Assembly: GCA_041651575.1 (NCBI GenBank)
Contig: JBAZJB010000001.1
Location: 639,286-703,285, forward strand
Direction of reading: 5' to 3'
Origin: Candidatus Nanoarchaeia archaeon
GTDB lineage: Archaea > Nanobdellota > Nanobdellia > SCGC-AAA011-G17 > JAFCDX01
Length of the DNA stretch: 64,000 nt
Positions 62,082 to 64,000 of the stretch are shown piece by piece. The first letter of the stretch is position 1. Each line of letters starts with the position of its first letter. Made by a program: the position numbers and the translations under genes. The notes under the pieces are model-generated. The model was not told the DNA's origin. It saw nothing but the letters and a program-made list of their open reading frames with translations, and ran no database searches.

Positions 62082-62861
62082 ATGGAAAAAATATTCGAGG
62101 TTCAAGATGAATTTGAAAGAAAAAGAAAACAAGAAGATGAAAGGCACGATAATACCGTAAATTTCAGTAAAGAAATAATAGAAAAAATGTCTAAATTGTT
62201 TGAAGAATATAATAAGGGATTAAGAAAAGATTGTTATATAACTCGTACAGATTATGCAGATCCATTAAGGGGTTTTTTTGATATCAGACATCTAAATGCA
62301 AAATCTTATCTTCTTGAAAAATATGAGGAATTTAAAAAAGGTATAAAGGATAGTGCTGAGACTAATTATAATGAACTAATATACCAACTTTTAGAAACTT
62401 CTCGTAAGACCTTTGGTACTAAGAATCATCTTATTAGTGATTCTGAAAATAATAATTATATAAATGAAAGAATAAATGACATAACTAAAAATTATCCTTT
62501 ATATATTTATATAAAAATGAAATCTAAAAAGTTTGAAAATCAGGATAGGTTTAAAAAGCAGGATATAAGAATTATGAATAAGGAAGAATTTGAAAATTGT
62601 TTTAATTCTGTAAAAGAGGATAAATATTTGCCAGACAATTACTTTAATGATATAAACTTATGGGATAATGAATTAAAAAATACTCCTTACAATGGTTCTG
62701 TATATCCAGAAAAACAAAAGTATGAGAAAAAAGAATTAACAGAAAAAGAGTGGGATGAATATAAGGAAAACCATTTGAATCCAAATCCTATATTAGAAAA
62801 ACCAACTTGTTTAAAAGGATTAATAAACAAATTAATAAACTACTCTGGAAAAAAAGAATAA
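62082..62861 (+). CDS. hypothetical protein
   Basis: 259-aa charged ORF with an AAGGAGG SD. No motif recognised. Confidence 0.4.
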   Translation: MEKIFEVQDEFERKRKQEDERHDNTVNFSKEIIEKMSKLFEEYNKGLRKDCYITRTDYADPLRGFFDIRHLNAKSYLLEKYEEFKKGIKDSAETNYNELIYQLLETSRKTFGTKNHLISDSENNNYINERINDITKNYPLYIYIKMKSKKFENQDRFKKQDIRIMNKEEFENCFNSVKEDKYLPDNYFNDINLWDNELKNTPYNGSVYPEKQKYEKKELTEKEWDEYKENHLNPNPILEKPTCLKGLINKLINYSGKKE

Positions 62862-62869
62862 TTCTTTTT

Positions 62870-63235
62870 TTATTTAATTTTAGCACCAGTTTCTATATCT
62901 TTATCAACTGTTAAAAGAACTATTTTTCCTTTGAATTCTGCAGCCAATAACATACCTTCACTTTCTACTCCCCTTAATACTGCAGGTTCTAAGTTTCTAA
63001 CCATTATAATTTTCTTTCCAATTAATTCATCTTCGGTATAAGCTTGTCTTATTCCTGCTACAATTTGAACATCGTGTTCTCCTTTGCCTAAACTTACATC
63101 AAGAATATATAATTTGTCTGCGTTAGGATGATTTTTTACTGCTTTTATCTGAGCAACTCTTAAATCTACTTTTCCAAATTCATCTATAGTTATTTTATCC
63201 CCACAATGTTCTGCTTTTTTTATTCCTTCTACCAT
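62870..63235 (-). CDS. stand-alone tRNA-binding domain protein (Trbp111 / MetRS C-terminal domain type)
   Basis: DLRVAQIKAVKNHPNADKLYILDVSLG...VQIVAGIRQAYTEDELIGKKIIMVRNLEPAVLRGVESEGMLLAA. Confidence 0.85.
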   Translation of the reverse strand: MVEGIKKAEHCGDKITIDEFGKVDLRVAQIKAVKNHPNADKLYILDVSLGKGEHDVQIVAGIRQAYTEDELIGKKIIMVRNLEPAVLRGVESEGMLLAAEFKGKIVLLTVDKDIETGAKIK

Positions 63236-63705
63236 TTTGTTTCAGTTAACTCGTGTTTTTCTACTTTATGTCCGTCTTTTCCAAAAGTAATATTTCCTTT
63301 TATATGTTTCCCTTTTAAAACTAAAGGTAGCCAATACTGATCATCATCCCAAGATTTATGATAAGGAAATTTATCAAATTCAAACCATTCATATCCCATT
63401 TCGTCTGATTCTTTTGGAAGTCCTTCCCAATTATATAAAAAATATACATGAACTACTTGATCCCATCCTTTTTCTGGAAGATGAGGAAAATAAAAGTTTA
63501 ATTCTGCTACTTTTTTAAGATGTTCTGGTTTTGCTTTAAGTGAAATTTCTTCAAAAAGTTCTCTTACGGCAGCTTGTTCTATGGTTTCTCCTTTTTCTAC
63601 TTTGCCACCAAAACCATTAATTTTTCCTTCTCCAAAACCTTTCTTTTTCATCCCAACTAACATTTTATTATCTTTGATTGGATAAACAAGTGTTGCAGTT
63701 TTCAT
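63229..63705 (-). CDS. NUDIX hydrolase (MutT-like)
   Basis: Nudix box GGKVEKGETIEQAAVRELFEEISL. Confidence 0.85.
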   Translation of the reverse strand: MKTATLVYPIKDNKMLVGMKKKGFGEGKINGFGGKVEKGETIEQAAVRELFEEISLKAKPEHLKKVAELNFYFPHLPEKGWDQVVHVYFLYNWEGLPKESDEMGYEWFEFDKFPYHKSWDDDQYWLPLVLKGKHIKGNITFGKDGHKVEKHELTETKW

Positions 63706-64000
63706 ATTTTTTTAAACAAGGTTTCTCCTTTTTTTATACCTTTTGATTTTGCATTACCCCATTTCAAGTCAAAACTATCTCTTAATTTAAATCCAAGCTG
63801 TTCATTTATTTTTTCTGCAGTTTCTGGCATAAAAGAATAAATTAATTGAGAAATTATTCTTAATGATTCTGCTAAATTAAATAAAACTTTTTCAAGTTCA
63901 TCTTCTTTTTGATTTTTAGCTAAATTCCAAGGTTCTTTTTCATTTACGTATTTATTACATTGATCTACAAAGTAAAATATCTCTGCCAAAGCTTCGTGTA
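63702..64000 (-). CDS. metG: methionyl-tRNA synthetase, C-terminal (anticodon-binding) part; gene continues beyond the right edge
   Basis: FVDQCNKYVNEKEPWNLAKN...LFNLAESLRIISQLIYSFMPETAEKI is typical of the MetRS anticodon-binding helical domain. The frame is open to the window end. Confidence 0.8.
   Translation of the reverse strand, partial: HEALAEIFYFVDQCNKYVNEKEPWNLAKNQKEDELEKVLFNLAESLRIISQLIYSFMPETAEKINEQLGFKLRDSFDLKWGNAKSKGIKKGETLFKKI

Overview
Strongly AT-rich, compact archaeal chromosome segment. Archaeal assignment rests on the information-processing genes: family-B DNA polymerase, FEN1, RFC small and large subunits, MCM, TBP, aIF1A, aIF2-beta, Topo VI A/B and Cdc48. Most genes look leaderless, with a TTTATAAA-type TATA box about 25-30 nt before the ATG, and many neighbours share ATGA-type overlaps. 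The style fits a small-genome, DPANN-like archaeon (inference only). No rRNA, CRISPR array, transposase or integrase was recognised. There are two tRNAs, Asn-GTT and Ile-GAT. Core regions are 0-11 kb (CYTH/ATPase, TopA, small hypotheticals, RadB-like, Cdc48) and 29.6-64 kb (replication, translation, Topo VI, DisA, split MetRS). The accessory part is 11.4-29.6 kb. It holds a stand-alone Cas4-like nuclease, then a 1019-aa DUF262-DUF262-HNH-AlbA_2 protein. Next is a seven-gene type I R-M operon in which a 3-TM peptide, a Shedu-like (DUF4263) nuclease and a HEPN protein sit between hsdM, hsdS and hsdR, followed by a DUF45 metallopeptidase. After that come RadC, an MNT/HepT pair, Fic and a RelE-type cassette. 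Three of these accessory modules are bracketed by direct repeats that duplicate the 3' end or downstream region of the adjacent gene, and none has a recombinase. The MNT and Fic ORFs share a homologous N-terminal extension, and each has cognate GGTGWCYAC inverted repeats at its promoter. Other points: a C/D-box sRNA candidate, a GC-rich structured-RNA candidate, a conserved leader element upstream of two unrelated small genes, an RFC operon interrupted by DHH and LOG genes, a MetRS split by a NUDIX gene, and a frameshifted beta-propeller gene. All domain calls are motif recognition by eye and need profile searches.
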